Shown piece after piece: positions 42,841 to 54,833 of a stretch of 64,000 nt of DNA (position 1 is the stretch's first letter; every line of letters starts with the position of its first letter). The DNA is from Octopus vulgaris (taxonomy: Eukaryota): the NCBI GenBank assembly GCA_951406725.2, contig OX597818.1, forward strand, positions 129,394,001 to 129,458,000, written 5' to 3'. Made by a program: the position numbers and the translations under genes. The notes beneath the pieces were generated by a model. It did not search any database. It was not told where the DNA came from and was given only the letters and a program-made list of their open reading frames with translations.

Positions 42841-43243
42841 CTTGTTTCAGTCATTTGACTGTGGTCATGCTGGAGCACCACCTTTAGTTGAGCAAATCGA
42901 CCCCAGGACTTATTCTTTGTAAGCCTAGTACTTATTCTATCGGTCTCTCTTGCCGAACTGCTAAGTTATGGGGACATAACATACCAGCATCAGTTGTCAA
43001 GTGATGTTGGGGGGACAAACACAGACACACAAACGTATACACACTAACATACATACATATATATATATATGCATATACAGGATGGTCATCTTTCAGTTTC
43101 TGTCAATCAAATCCACTCACAAGGCTTTGGTCGGCCTGAATCTATAGTAGAAGATACTTTCCCAAGGTGTTATGCAGTGGGACTGAACCTGGAACCATGC
43201 GGTTGGTAAGTAAGCTACTTACCACACAGCCACTCTACACCTA
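42826..43243 (-). mobile_element. Family-A SINE, full length
   Basis: Complete. Confidence 0.9.
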
Positions 43244-43392
43244 TGTTTTTTATTAATTCTGGTATTTCTGCTATTAGTCTCTACTGCTAAGTTACAGGGA
43301 TGCAAACAAACCTACACTGGTTGTCAACTAGTGGAAGTGGGTGACAGACACAGACACAAAGACTCTCTCACTATCTCTCTCTCTTACACACA

Positions 43393-43432
<40 letters not shown>

Positions 43433-43464
43433 CATAAGTGTTAAAATAGTTTGAATGATATAAT

Positions 43465-43794
43465 CAATTGCAGCGTGGAAGGTGTTTGTAAGCCATTTAA
43501 GAAACACAAAAAAGCCGTTCGATTCACTTCAACATTTAAGTTTAATTTGTCAAAATATTTTCCTCGCTTTAAGACCACGACCTGTTCACTGACAAACACG
43601 GATTTTTGTCAGTGAATAGGTCGTGGTCTTAAAGCGATGAAAATATTTTGACAAATTAAACTTAAATGTTGAAGTGAATCGAACGGCTTTTGTGTGTTTC
43701 TTAAATGGCTTACAAACACCTTCCACGCTGCAATTGTTTTCGTTTCAGCACACGATCTCAGATCAAAGCACTTGCTATGCAAGTACATCTCTGT
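43465..43794 (+). mobile_element. Fold-back retroelement fragment (probable Penelope-like pLTR with 5' inversion) and 12-bp TSD
   Basis: 43465-43596 is inverted against 43605-43736. AATGATATAATC flanks it at 43454-43465 and 43795-43806. Confidence 0.75.
43605..43655 (+). ncRNA. Hammerhead-like motif with G3 core (G3-U8 here; G3-C8 in the mirror copy 43546-43596 on minus)
   Basis: UUUGUCA-GUGAA(U/C)A-G-GUCGU...GCGAU-GAAA-AUAU-UU^UGACAAA, with a 7-bp stem I. Confidence 0.5.
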
Positions 43795-43953
43795 AATGAT
43801 ATAATCCCAATGTGAGAAAACAGCAATGCTCAAGCATAGACATTACTTCAACCATGATCAAATAATCAATTGTCTATCTCTTGTGTTTTCATTGTTTCAG
43901 TCACTGAACTATAGCTATGCTGGGGCACTGTGTTGATGGGTTTTAGGTCCAGT

Positions 43954-44190
43954 AAGGTGGCGAGCTGGCAGAAATGTTAGCACGCTGGGCGAAATGCTTA
44001 GCGGTATTCTGTCTGCTGCTACGTTCTGAGTTCAAATTCTGCCGAGGTCAACCATTGCCTTTCGTTCTTTCAGGGTCAATTATATAAGTACCAGTTATGC
44101 ACTGGGGTCGATATAATCGACTTAATCTGTTTGTCTGTCCTGGTTTGTCCTCTCTGTGTGTAGCCCCTTGTGGGCAGTAAAGAAGTAAGA
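43954..44190 (+). mobile_element. Family-B SINE, full length, nested in a minus-strand SINE-A (43890-44505)
   Basis: GGTGGCGAGCTGGCAGAAATGTTAGC head, GAGTTCAAATTC B-box-like motif, and GCCTTTCGTTCTTTCAGGGTCAAT...AAGTACCAG Meta/MESC-like core. Confidence 0.85.
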
Positions 44191-45139
44191 TTGCCTCCAG
44201 TACTTACCTTTTTAAAGTCTGGTACTAATTGTAGTAGTTCCCTTTACTGAACAGCTAAGTTGTGGGGATATAAACAAACCAGCACCGGTTGTCGAGTGTT
44301 AGTGGGGACTAGCACAGGCACAAAAACACACATGTACATTCACAAGCATACGATGGGCTTCTACACAGTTTCCACCTACCAAATTTACTCACAATGCATT
44401 GGCCAACCTGGGGCTATATCAAAAGACATGCCCAAGGTGTTGCACAGTGGGACTGAACTTGAAACCCTGTGATTGCAAGGTAAGCCTCTTAAACACACAC
44501 CCATGACGCTCACCATGCTAGCAATAACAGTTAAATCTTTTACAAATCACATCCTCCTATTTTGTCTAGTTTAAAATGTAATCTTAAGTAAAAAAAAGAA
44601 ATAAGGAAAAGAAAACAATCATGTCTGAATTAAAGACGTGTTTGTCATGGCTGGAATACCTTGAGACATGATCATAAACATTCTCAGTCAGAGCTGACCT
44701 GGGGTTATGCAATACACAACCACAACAATTTCTATTGATGATGAACCCATACGCAACATGACAGCAATTAGACTACTCACATGGAGACATAACATAGCAG
44801 GGAAGCAGAAAGTTATGTGACTGATAATGGCATAACACTTGAATTGTGCCATCATTACTCTGTCAGTAAAGTGCTGCTCCTAGTTATAAGTGTTTCCTAC
44901 TTATAACAGTAAAGGCTTTTGAATGAAACATGGAGAGAGAGAGAGAGAGAGAGAGCAGGGGAGAAGATGCCTTATTTTGGACATTCACTGACCGATGTTG
45001 TTCTAGAAGAAAATCTAAGCAAAAAGATTGCCTCAGAGCCTTAAGTATTCATAATCAGTGAACTTGGGTTAGTAAAAGTACTTTAATAATAGAGGCTTTA
45101 AGCATGACTGCTGCAGCTGCTTCAACCACTGCTGCTGTT

Positions 45140-45550
45140 GCTACTACTACTACTACTACTACTACTGCCACCACCACCACCACCGCCACCGTCATCGTAA
45201 TCATCGTCATCATCATCATATTCATCGTCATCATCGTCGCCATCATCATCTTCATCATCATCATCATCATCATAATTGTCGTCGTCATCATCATCATCAT
45301 CATCGTCATCATCATCATCATCATCATTATCGTCATTGTCATCATCATCATCATCATCATCATCGTCGTCATCGTCGTCATCATTATCATCATCGTCATC
45401 GTCATCATCATCATCATCATCATCGTCATCATCATCGTCGTCATCATCATCATCATCATCATCATCATCGTCGTCATCATCATCGTCATCATCATCATCA
45501 TCATCATCGTTATCATCATCATCATCATCATCATTGTCGTCATCATCATC

Positions 45551-45582
<32 letters not shown>

Positions 45583-45625
45583 CATCATCGTCGTCGTCGT
45601 CGTCGTCGTCGTCGTCATCATCATC
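45140..45625. repeat. (CAT/CGT)n microsatellite
   Basis: Directly visible. Confidence 0.95.
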
Positions 45626-45765
45626 AAGTGGCTGCCTCCAAGACACATTTCATTGTGCTGTGCCAAAACTCTCTGCCCTGCATTAAGCCTTGGTAGATTC
45701 TCAGTCCCATGCATTGTGTCCCTGCCAATAACTTCAATCTGGTTGAGTGTTCTTTGTTCTTTATT

Positions 45766-48361
45766 GGTGCAGGTGTGGTTGTGTGGCTAAGGGGTTTGCT
45801 TCCTGACTACATAGTTTCAGGTTCAGTCACACTCCATGGTACCTTGGGCAAGTGTCTTCTACTATAACCCAAAGCAGAACACTACTACCTTGGTACCTTG
45901 GGCAAGTGTCTTCTACTATAACCCTAAGCAGAACACTACTACCTTGGTACCTTGGGCAAGTGTCTTCTACTATAACCCTAGGCAGAACACTACCACCTTG
46001 CTACCTTGGGCAAGTGTCTTCTACTATAACCCTAGGCAGAACACTACCACCTTGCTACCTTGGGCAAGTGTCTTCTACTATAACCCAAAGCAGAACACTA
46101 CTACCTTGGTACCTTGGGCAAGTGTCTTCTACTATAACCCTAAGCAGAACACTACCACCTTGCTACCTTGGGCAAGTGTCTTCTACTATAACCCTAAGCA
46201 GAACACTACCACCTAGCTACCTTGGGCAAGTGTCTTCTACTATAACCCTAAGCAGAACACTACTACCTTGCTACCTTGGGCAAGTGTCTTCTACTATAAC
46301 CCTAGGCAGAACACTACCACCTTGCTACCTTGGGCAAGTGTCTTCTACTATAACCCTAGGCAGAACACTACCACCTTGCTACCTTGGGCAAGTGTCTTCT
46401 GCTATAACCCAAAGCAGAACACTACTACCTTGGTACCTTGGGCAAGTGTCTTCTACTATAACCCTAAGCAGAACACTACTACCTTGCTACCTTGGGCAAG
46501 TGTCTTCTACTATAACCCTAGGCAGAACACTACCACCTTGCTACCTTGGGCAAGTGTCTTCTGCTATAACCCAAAGCAGAACACTACTACCTTGGTACCT
46601 TGGGCAAGTGTCTTCTACTATAACCCTAAGCAGAACACTACTACCTTGCTACCTTGGGCAAGTGTCTTCTACTATAACCCTAGGCAGAACACTACTACCT
46701 TGCTACCTTGGGCAAGTGTCTTCTGCTATAACCCAAAGCAGAACACTACTACCTTGCTACCTTGGGCAAGTGTCTTCTACTATAACCCTAAGCAGAACAC
46801 TACTACCTTGCTACCTTGGGCAAGTGTCTTCTACTATAACCCTAGGCAGAACACTACCACCTTGCTACCTTGGGCAAGTGTCTTCTGCTATAACCCAAAG
46901 CAGAACACTACTACCTTGCTACCTTGGGCAAGTGTCTTCTACTATAACCCTAAGCAGAACACTACTACCTTGCTACCTTGGGCAAGTGTCTTCTACTATA
47001 ACCCTAGGCAGAACACTACCACCTTGCTACCTTGGGCAAGTGTCTTCTGCTATAACCCAAAGCAGAACACTACTACCTTGCTACCTTGGGCAAGTGTCTT
47101 CTACTATAACCCTAAGCAGAACACTACTACCTTGCTACCTTGGGCAAGTGTCTTCTACTATAACCCTAGGCAGAACACTACCACCTTGCTACCTTGGGCA
47201 AGTGTCTTCTACTATAACCCTAGGCAGAACACTACCACCTTGCTACCTTGGGCAAGTGTCTTCTGCTATAACCCAAAGCAGAACACTACTACCTTGGTAC
47301 CTTGGGCAAGTGTCTTCTACTATAACCCTAAGCAGAACACTACTACCTTGCTACCTTGGGCAAGTGTCTTCTACTATAACCCTAGGCAGAACACTACCAC
47401 CTTGCTACCTTGGGCAAGTGTCTTCTGCTATAACCCAAAGCAGAACACTACTACCTTGGTACCTTGGGCAAGTGTCTTCTACTATAACCCTAAGCAGAAC
47501 ACTACTACCTTGCTACCTTGGGCAAGTGTCTTCTACTATAACCCTAGGCAGAACACTACCACCTTGCTACCTTGGGCAAGTGTCTTCTGCTATAACCCAA
47601 AGCAGAACACTACTACCTTGGTACCTTGGGCAAGTGTCTTCTACTATAACCCTAAGCAGAACACTACCACCTTGCTACCTTGGGCAAGTGTCTTCTACTA
47701 TAACCCAAAGCAGAACACTACTACCTTGGTACCTTGGGCAAGTGTCTTCTACTATAACCCTAAGCAGAACACTACCACCTTGCTACCTTGGGCAAGTGTC
47801 TTCTACTATAACCCAAAGCAGAACACTACTACCTTGGTACCTTGGGCAAGTGTCTTCTACTATAACCCTAAGCAGAACACTACCACCTTGCTACCTTGGG
47901 CAAGTGTCTTCTACTATAACCCTAGGCAGAACACTACCACCTTGCTACCTTGGGCAAGTGTCTTCTGCTATAACCCAAAGCAGAACACTACTACCTTGGT
48001 ACCTTGGGCAAGTGTCTTCTACTATAACCCTAAGCAGAACACTACTACCTTGCTACCTTGGGCAAGTGTCTTCTACTATAACCCTAGGCAGAACACTACC
48101 ACCTTGCTACCTTGGGCAAGTGTCTTCTGCTATAACCCAAAGCAGAACACTACTACCTTGGTACCTTGGGCAAGTGTCTTCTACTATAACCCTAAGCAGA
48201 ACACTACTACCTTGCTACCTTGGGCAAGTGTCTTCTACTATAACCCTAAGCAGAACACTACTACCTTGGTACCTTGGGCAAGTGTCTTCTACTATAACCC
48301 TAAGCAGAACACTACTACCTTGCTACCTTGGGCAAGTGTCTTCTACTATAACACTAAGCAG
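45766..48361 (+). repeat. SINE-A head followed by a ~46.7-copy 54-bp minisatellite
   Basis: Unit ACCTTGGGCAAGTGTCTTCT(A/G)CTATAACCC(AA/TA/TAG)..GCAGAACACTAC(T/C)ACCTTG(G/C)T. Register is exact (unit starts at 45841, 46381, 46921, 47461, 48001). Confidence 0.97.
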
Positions 48362-48370
48362 ACTTTCGAG

Positions 48371-48748
48371 CTAGCCTCTGCAAAGGGCTAATTGGCCCTG
48401 CAACCTAAAACTAAAGAAAGTAAATGATAATAAGCATTTATTGGTAGCCTACCAATATGGTATTACCCTACCAGAATGGTTACTTTAAATTCAGCTTCAA
48501 TGAAAACTTGTAATATTAAAAATTTTTGGAGTTCTTTTAAAATTTGAATTTTTACTTGTTAGCATATAGAAAATCCTTATCCAGACGTTATCCCAATGCT
48601 GGAAAGAACCAAATGAAGGGCAGAGTTTCAATCCCAGGATCATACTGATTCCAAAAAGGTATTATATGTCTATGTAGAGCAAATGTAGACTGAGATTTGT
48701 ATCGGGACAAACAGACAGACAGACAGATTTCCCGTTTATTATGATAGA
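48371..48748 (-). mobile_element. Probable non-autonomous Helitron
   Basis: Minus strand starts TCTATCATAATAAACGGGAAATCTGTCTGTCTG and ends with hairpin AGGGC-CAATTA-GCCCT followed by ...GGCTAG. Confidence 0.5.
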
Positions 48749-48755
48749 TATGTGT

Positions 48756-48794
<39 letters not shown>

Positions 48795-49689
48795 TGTGTG
48801 TTGTGTGCATAGTCTCTCTCTGTGTTTGTTGGTAGGAATGGACAAAAATAAGAACTAATGAGTTCAGATGTGAATTCAACTGAGAAAGGCAAATATGTGC
48901 ATTGCATGGTGTTATATTAATTGTGTCTTGGAAGTGTAGACTAATCACATATTAGCCTTTAATTTCCATAAGTGTGACCAGTTGTGCGTACAGGTGGGAT
49001 TTTAGGTACGTGTGTATAATGTGTACATTGGTTGTATGTGTGACTTATAGAAGAAGGAGGAGAAGAAGAAGAAGAAGAAGGGGAGGAGAAGAAGAAGAAG
49101 AAGGGGAGGAGAAGAAGAAGAAGGAGGAGGAGGAGGAGGAGATGATGATGATGATGATGAGGAGGAGGAGGAGGAGGAGGAGGAGGAGAAGAAGAAGAAG
49201 AAGAAGAAGAAGAAGAAGAAGAAGAAGAAGAAGAAGAAGAAGAAGAAGAAGAAGAAGAAGAAAAACTGTCAAATTAAAGATTTTCATATATGCTTTAATA
49301 GACCCCAGCATGGCCGCGGCCTCCGGGCTAAAACATTTTTAAGGATTTAAGGATTTTAAGACTGGGTAATTTCAGTATGGTTGCACTATTTGAATGTGTG
49401 TAAATAATAACCGGTATTTTTTCTTGTATTGACGTTTCGATATAGAAAAATTCAAACATTTATATAAGTCTGAGAAGTGAAATATTAAAAATTACGGACT
49501 GTACTCTTGTTTTAATACCACTAATGAGTTAACGTGATGATAAATCATGGTGTCAAGTACCTGTACTGCATTCTGTAAGAGTAGACAATACACATACTAA
49601 TTGGAGACAACAAAAGAGAAACAGGATTACTGCTGTGATGTAAACTATATAGTAATTGTTTGGTGGTTCATCATTTTGTCTCTTGCTCT

Positions 49690-49890
49690 CTCTTTTACTC
49701 TTTTACTCTTTTACTTGTTTCAGTCATTTGACTGCGGCCATGCTGGAGCACCGCCTTTAGTCGAGCAAATCGACCCCGGGACTTATTCTTTTCTAAGCCC
49801 AGTACTTATTCTACCGGTCTCTTTTGCTGAACCGCTAAGTGATTGGGATGTAAACACACCAGCATCGGTTGTCAAGCAATGCTAGGGGGA

Positions 49891-49941
<51 letters not shown>

Positions 49942-49948
49942 GTGTATA

Positions 49949-49987
<39 letters not shown>

Positions 49988-50149
49988 GACAGGCTTCTTT
50001 CAGTTTCCGTCTACCAAATCCACTCAAAAGACTTTGGTCGGCCCAGGGCTATAACAGAAGACACTCGCCCAAGATGCCACGCAGTGGGACTGAACCCGGA
50101 ACCATGTGGTTGGTTAGCAAGCTACTTACCACACAGCCACTCCTGCGCC
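49690..50149 (-). mobile_element. Family-A SINE, full length, young
   Basis: Complete; CpGs retained. Confidence 0.92.
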
Positions 50150-50476
50150 TTTAAAGTATCTTCCAGTTAATCCCCTCAAAATATATCCTCTAATCTACTT
50201 CTACTCTTTCTTCTTCTTCTTCGTCGTCGTTGTCAGTTTAGTGTCCTCTTTTCCTTGTTTGCGTAGATCGCACGGAAATTGTTGAACCAGATTTTCTACA
50301 GCTGGATGCCCTTCCTGTCACCAAACCTCGCTGGTTTCTAAGTAAGGTAATATTTCTCCATGACCAGACATGTTCTCATAAAAAAGATTGGCAATGAAAG
50401 ACACTGCTTGCATGATGGTGACACTCATTTACAACTGTAACATGATGTCCAGGCAAGAAAACAATATCACACACAT

Positions 50477-50520
<44 letters not shown>

Positions 50521-51776
50521 TGAGCTTCTTTTAGTCTTTGTCTACCAAATCAACTCACAAAGCTTTGGTTGGCCAAGGGCAATTGAAGATAACTGCTCCA
50601 AGTGCCACGCTTTGGAACTGAACCCCAAACTATGTGGTTAGAAAGCAAACTTCTTATCATACAACCATGCCTGCACCAATATACAATATATTATATATAT
50701 ATATATAAAAATACAAAATGGGACAAGAACGCAAAACATCCAGACAGTTAGGTGATACAAAAAGGGACAACAAAACATCCAGATAAATGAAACAAAGAAA
50801 ACAAGGATGGGTCATTCTGAGTTTTCTTTCCTCAGTCAAGCACCAGATTATCTTTGCAATTTCATTTGGTTATACTCGAGATTGCTCCAATCTGGCCAGC
50901 CCTAAGGAAAAACTAAGCTAAGAGCATTAGATTCCTTGGAAGAAAGCAGTGAATGTACACAAAAACAAGGATGGGGAAAAAAACCGGAGAATGTTACACA
51001 AATACAAATAACAAGACATAACAACGGGTGTCTTTTGACTAAGGATGAATTAAATTAAGCTGGCATGTGTGGAAGTAAAGCCTTATGGCAGGGATACAAG
51101 ATTTCACAGGCACAGGGAGGAATACAGATGTTACACGGATGGTGGCCAAACCAAGAAAGACAGGCCAGGCCTGGCCAAACACTGGTCATATGAGAAGACA
51201 AGAGAGAGAAGTAGAGGTAGAGGGACAGAAGAAATAAGGAGGGGCGAGAAGAAACGATAGGGACACAGTGAAGTGAAAAGAGGAGGGATAGTGAGCATGA
51301 AGTGAAGCAAGAAATATATTAGTTTTCAGACAACGAAAATATTATTTTCGCTTGATTGTTATCCTTCTCCTTCTGGTGTGATTACACCTCTCGTTAAAAT
51401 AAATAATTAATGAAGTCTTTAAATTCAGTTGCTGTTGTATATAAACATATATTTCCAACATTGGTGAAACTACCTTAACCCTTGACAGTGAATTCTCTAA
51501 ATGCTTACTGAATAAAATGATATACAATGGTTTCTACACTTATAATGAAATGGAAGATGAAAATATGTTAAAAATTAATGAAATAATTTTTGTTCATTAT
51601 GACATTAACTGCAAGAAGCCACGAGTGAATACACGCTGTTGTGAAGAAGCAGCTGGCATATATGTCAAGATGAACAAGACATAAGAGTTTAACCCTTTTG
51701 TGGCTATATTTCTTATGAAATACACCACTCCATGTGTTTCAATTAATACTAAATATAATCAAGAGTTTAGAGATAC

Positions 51777-52177
51777 TCTCTTTTACTCTTTTACTTGTTT
51801 CAGTCATTTGACTGTGGCCATGCTGGAGCACCACCTTTAGTCGAGCAAATCGACCCCAGGACTTATTCTTTGTAAGCCTAGTACTTATTCTATCGGTCTC
51901 TTTTGCCGAACTGCTAAGTTACGGGGACGTAAACACACCAGCATCGGTTGTCAAGCGATGCTGGGGAAAACAAACAGAAATGCATAAACACACACATATG
52001 TATATATACATATATATGACAGGCTTCTTTCAGTTTCCGTCTACCAAATCCACTCACAAGGCTTTGGTCAGCCTGAGGCTATAGTAGAAGACACTTGCCC
52101 AAGGTGCCACGCAGTGGGAATGACACCGGAACCATGTGGTTGGTAAGCAAGCTACTTACCACACAGCCACTTCTGCG
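51777..52177 (-). mobile_element. Family-A SINE, full length
   Basis: Complete. Confidence 0.92.
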
Positions 52178-52221
52178 TCATTTTGCTAAATCTACCTGAA
52201 TTTGTAATTATATTCATAATG

Positions 52222-53020
52222 GCACGTCTGTGCAGGTGGCACGTAAAAAACACCCACTACACTCGCGGAGTGGTTGGCGTTAGGAAGGGCATCCAGCCGT
52301 AGAAACACTGCCAGATCTGACTGGGCCTGACGAAGCCTTCCAGCTTCACAGACCCCAGTTGACCCGTCCAACCCATGCTAGCATGGAAAGCGGACGCTAA
52401 ATGATGATGATGATGATGAATGTTTTCATTAGATTGACTTTAAAAACAAAAGCCACCTCTCTCTCTCCCCACAACACTCATTCAGCAGGAGAGCAGCATT
52501 TTTTTTTCAGCTTGCAAGTTATATGGTGACCTTACTAGTGTTGATGCTATGAGAGAGAGCACTTGGTATACTATATAATGTGCTTGACATTTTTCCATGC
52601 TAGCATGGGTTAGATGGTTTGACTGGGGTCTGGGAAGCCAGGAAGCTGCACCAGGCTCCAGTCTGATCTGGCAGTGTTTCTACAGCTGGATGCCCTTCCT
52701 AACGCCAACCACTCCGTGAGTGTAAAAAGCACCCACTACACTCACGGAGTGGATGGCGTTAAAAGGGCATCCAGCTGTAGAAACACTGCCAGATCAGACT
52801 GGAGCTTGGGGCATCCTTTTGGCTTCCCAGACCCCGGTTGAACCATCTAACCCATGCTAGCATGAAAAATGGATGTTAAACGATGATGATGATGATGATT
52901 AGGAAGAGCATCCAAGCATAGAAATCATGCTAAAACAGTCCATTGATTTGTCAGAACCTGTTGAACTATCCAACACATGCCAGCATGGAAGTTGGACACT
53001 AAATGATAATGATGGTGATG
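52222..53020. mobile_element. Cluster of family-C 3' ends including an inverted pair
   Basis: Copies at 52222-52420 (+), 52588-52724 (-), 52725-52899 (+) and 52900-53020 (+). Confidence 0.85.
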
Positions 53021-53171
53021 TTAACTTTAAAACAAGAGGCTTTATTTTATTGAACCAGTGGTGGTCTCATGTAGGCTGGTAGCATAATGGTTAACAGAAC
53101 ACATTTTCAACAACAACTTCACTTGACATAGATTGTATGTCTAGTATTTCTCTATGTACATCTATGTATAT

Positions 53172-53598
53172 CTGGGGCTACAAGCTACAGTAACCTCCAC
53201 CCTTAGTGGTTAGCCATACTGAGATAGCTAGTATACTTTACGTTGTCGAGCGGTTACTGTTTACATCTCGTTCAGAGATTTATTATTGCTTGCAGACAGT
53301 TTTTCGAAATCAGTGATGGAAGTTACTGGGAAAAACATTATATAGATATTTGCAAACAGGTCCCCTCATCGAAAACCGGTGATTGTCGTACGTTGACAAG
53401 AGGCAAATACCTCGAAACTGCAGTCCGTGCGTATCACTTAGGTTTACAAGAGAGGGATGACCTCCCTTTGCAAATACCATAAGGGCACAGAAAGTGTGCC
53501 TAAAGCCAGCTGGAGACGATGATCTCCTGGGGCTACAAGCTACAGTAACACCCACCCTTAGTGGTTAGCCATATTGAGATGGCTAGTATACTTTACGT
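53172..53598 (+). mobile_element. Retrozyme-like partial tandem repeat (355-bp monomer plus 72 bp)
   Basis: 72-bp direct repeat at 53172-53243 and 53527-53598 (4 mismatches) enclosing a hammerhead motif. Confidence 0.65.
53373..53445 (+). ncRNA. Type-I hammerhead ribozyme, U3-A8 core variant
   Basis: CGUACG-UUGACAA-GAGG(CAAAUA)CCUC-GAAAC-UGCA-GUC^CGUGCG. Stem I extends through GUGAU/AUCAC and AAACC/GGUUU. Confidence 0.8.
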
Positions 53599-53599
53599 C

Positions 53600-53910
53600 A
53601 TCTTATTTATTATATTTATTATATGGCCAGGTTCCAGCCTGAGCTGCAGGAACAAAGTGTACGTGCCACACTTCTTGGTCCATCATCACTGCCTCAAGGT
53701 CCTGGATACATCTCAGGCCAGTGCCTGCAATCAAGTTGTCAACGTATGTGTGACAATGTTTTCCTCTTCTTACATCAACAGGACGTGGGTTCCAGAAGAC
53801 AAATTTGAATGCTCCCTGTTCAGGGTGGTGCAAGTAGTGACCAGATAGGCACAGCCATCTTTGCCTGATCTTCTCGCTAACTTTTGGCAGGTCGCCATAA
53901 AAGCATTCAT
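53600..53910 (-). pseudogene. RTE-group LINE ORF C-terminal fragment
   Basis: FYGDLPKVSEKIRQRWLCLSGHYLHHPEQGAFKFVFWNP...RRGKHCHTYVDNL...DLEAVMMDQEVW resembles RTE/RTEX C-termini. Confidence 0.75.
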
Positions 53911-54704
53911 TTATCATATGTTGCTTTCTTATTGTAGAGGGAAAAATTGCTGAAAAAGTGTAGAAATACACTTAAAATCTCAGCTAGAATGATAAGGCTT
54001 GAAGGGTCATTTTTGATACATCATTATGGAGAAAGAAAGACTTATGAGTCTCGGGTAAAAAAACAACTTAATTTTAAACTTTCTGACCAGATGTTGGGTC
54101 ATCTTTTCAATTCTGTATGCATCAAAGAAAACTGCCAATGAAATTACATCAATTTGTACAAATTTAAACAAATTCATAGCAAATAACAACACACATGTAC
54201 ACATAAATAGTGTGATTCATCCATTTAAAATATGAAAAATAAAAAAATTATCTTTTAAGACTGTATTATATTGTACAAATTTACTTGGTATTTTAGTGAG
54301 CCAAAGAGTCTGTTTAAAAACAAAATGGGATTTATTGTTATTAATTTATTAAAAATAGGGGAAAATTTACTCTAGATTTTATTTATTTATTTATTTACAT
54401 TATTCACCATAGTTTAAATTTTTGCTTCTTTTTTTTTATAGTTTTGTTAAAAAATTTATTAAGAAAAATTAATATTTTTATATAGAAATTTTATCAAAAA
54501 ATATTTCTTTTTATATTTTTTTCAAAATTATTTCCATTAATTTCCTTTTCACTTATTATTTTTGCTTACTCTTTGCTTTTTTTCTTTATATAATTTTTAC
54601 AATATTTTTAATGTAATGATAATAGTTTTTTTTATATTCATTTAAAAAATTAAAAATTCAAGTGTAACACACACACACACATATACACACACATATGTGC
54701 ATAT

Positions 54705-54833
<129 letters not shown>

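Noticed and set aside
44801-44870. Short hairpin or minus-strand micro-exon
   Set aside because: The 14-bp stem is too short for a pre-miRNA, and the peptide is unrecognisable with a weak acceptor.
45841-48361. CRISPR-like array
   Set aside because: No unique spacers and no cas genes; a plain tandem repeat in eukaryotic DNA.
45852-48391. 840-aa and 707-aa ORFs as a repeat-protein gene
   Set aside because: Both are read-throughs of a stop-free 54-bp SINE-derived unit, with no unique domains or splice context.
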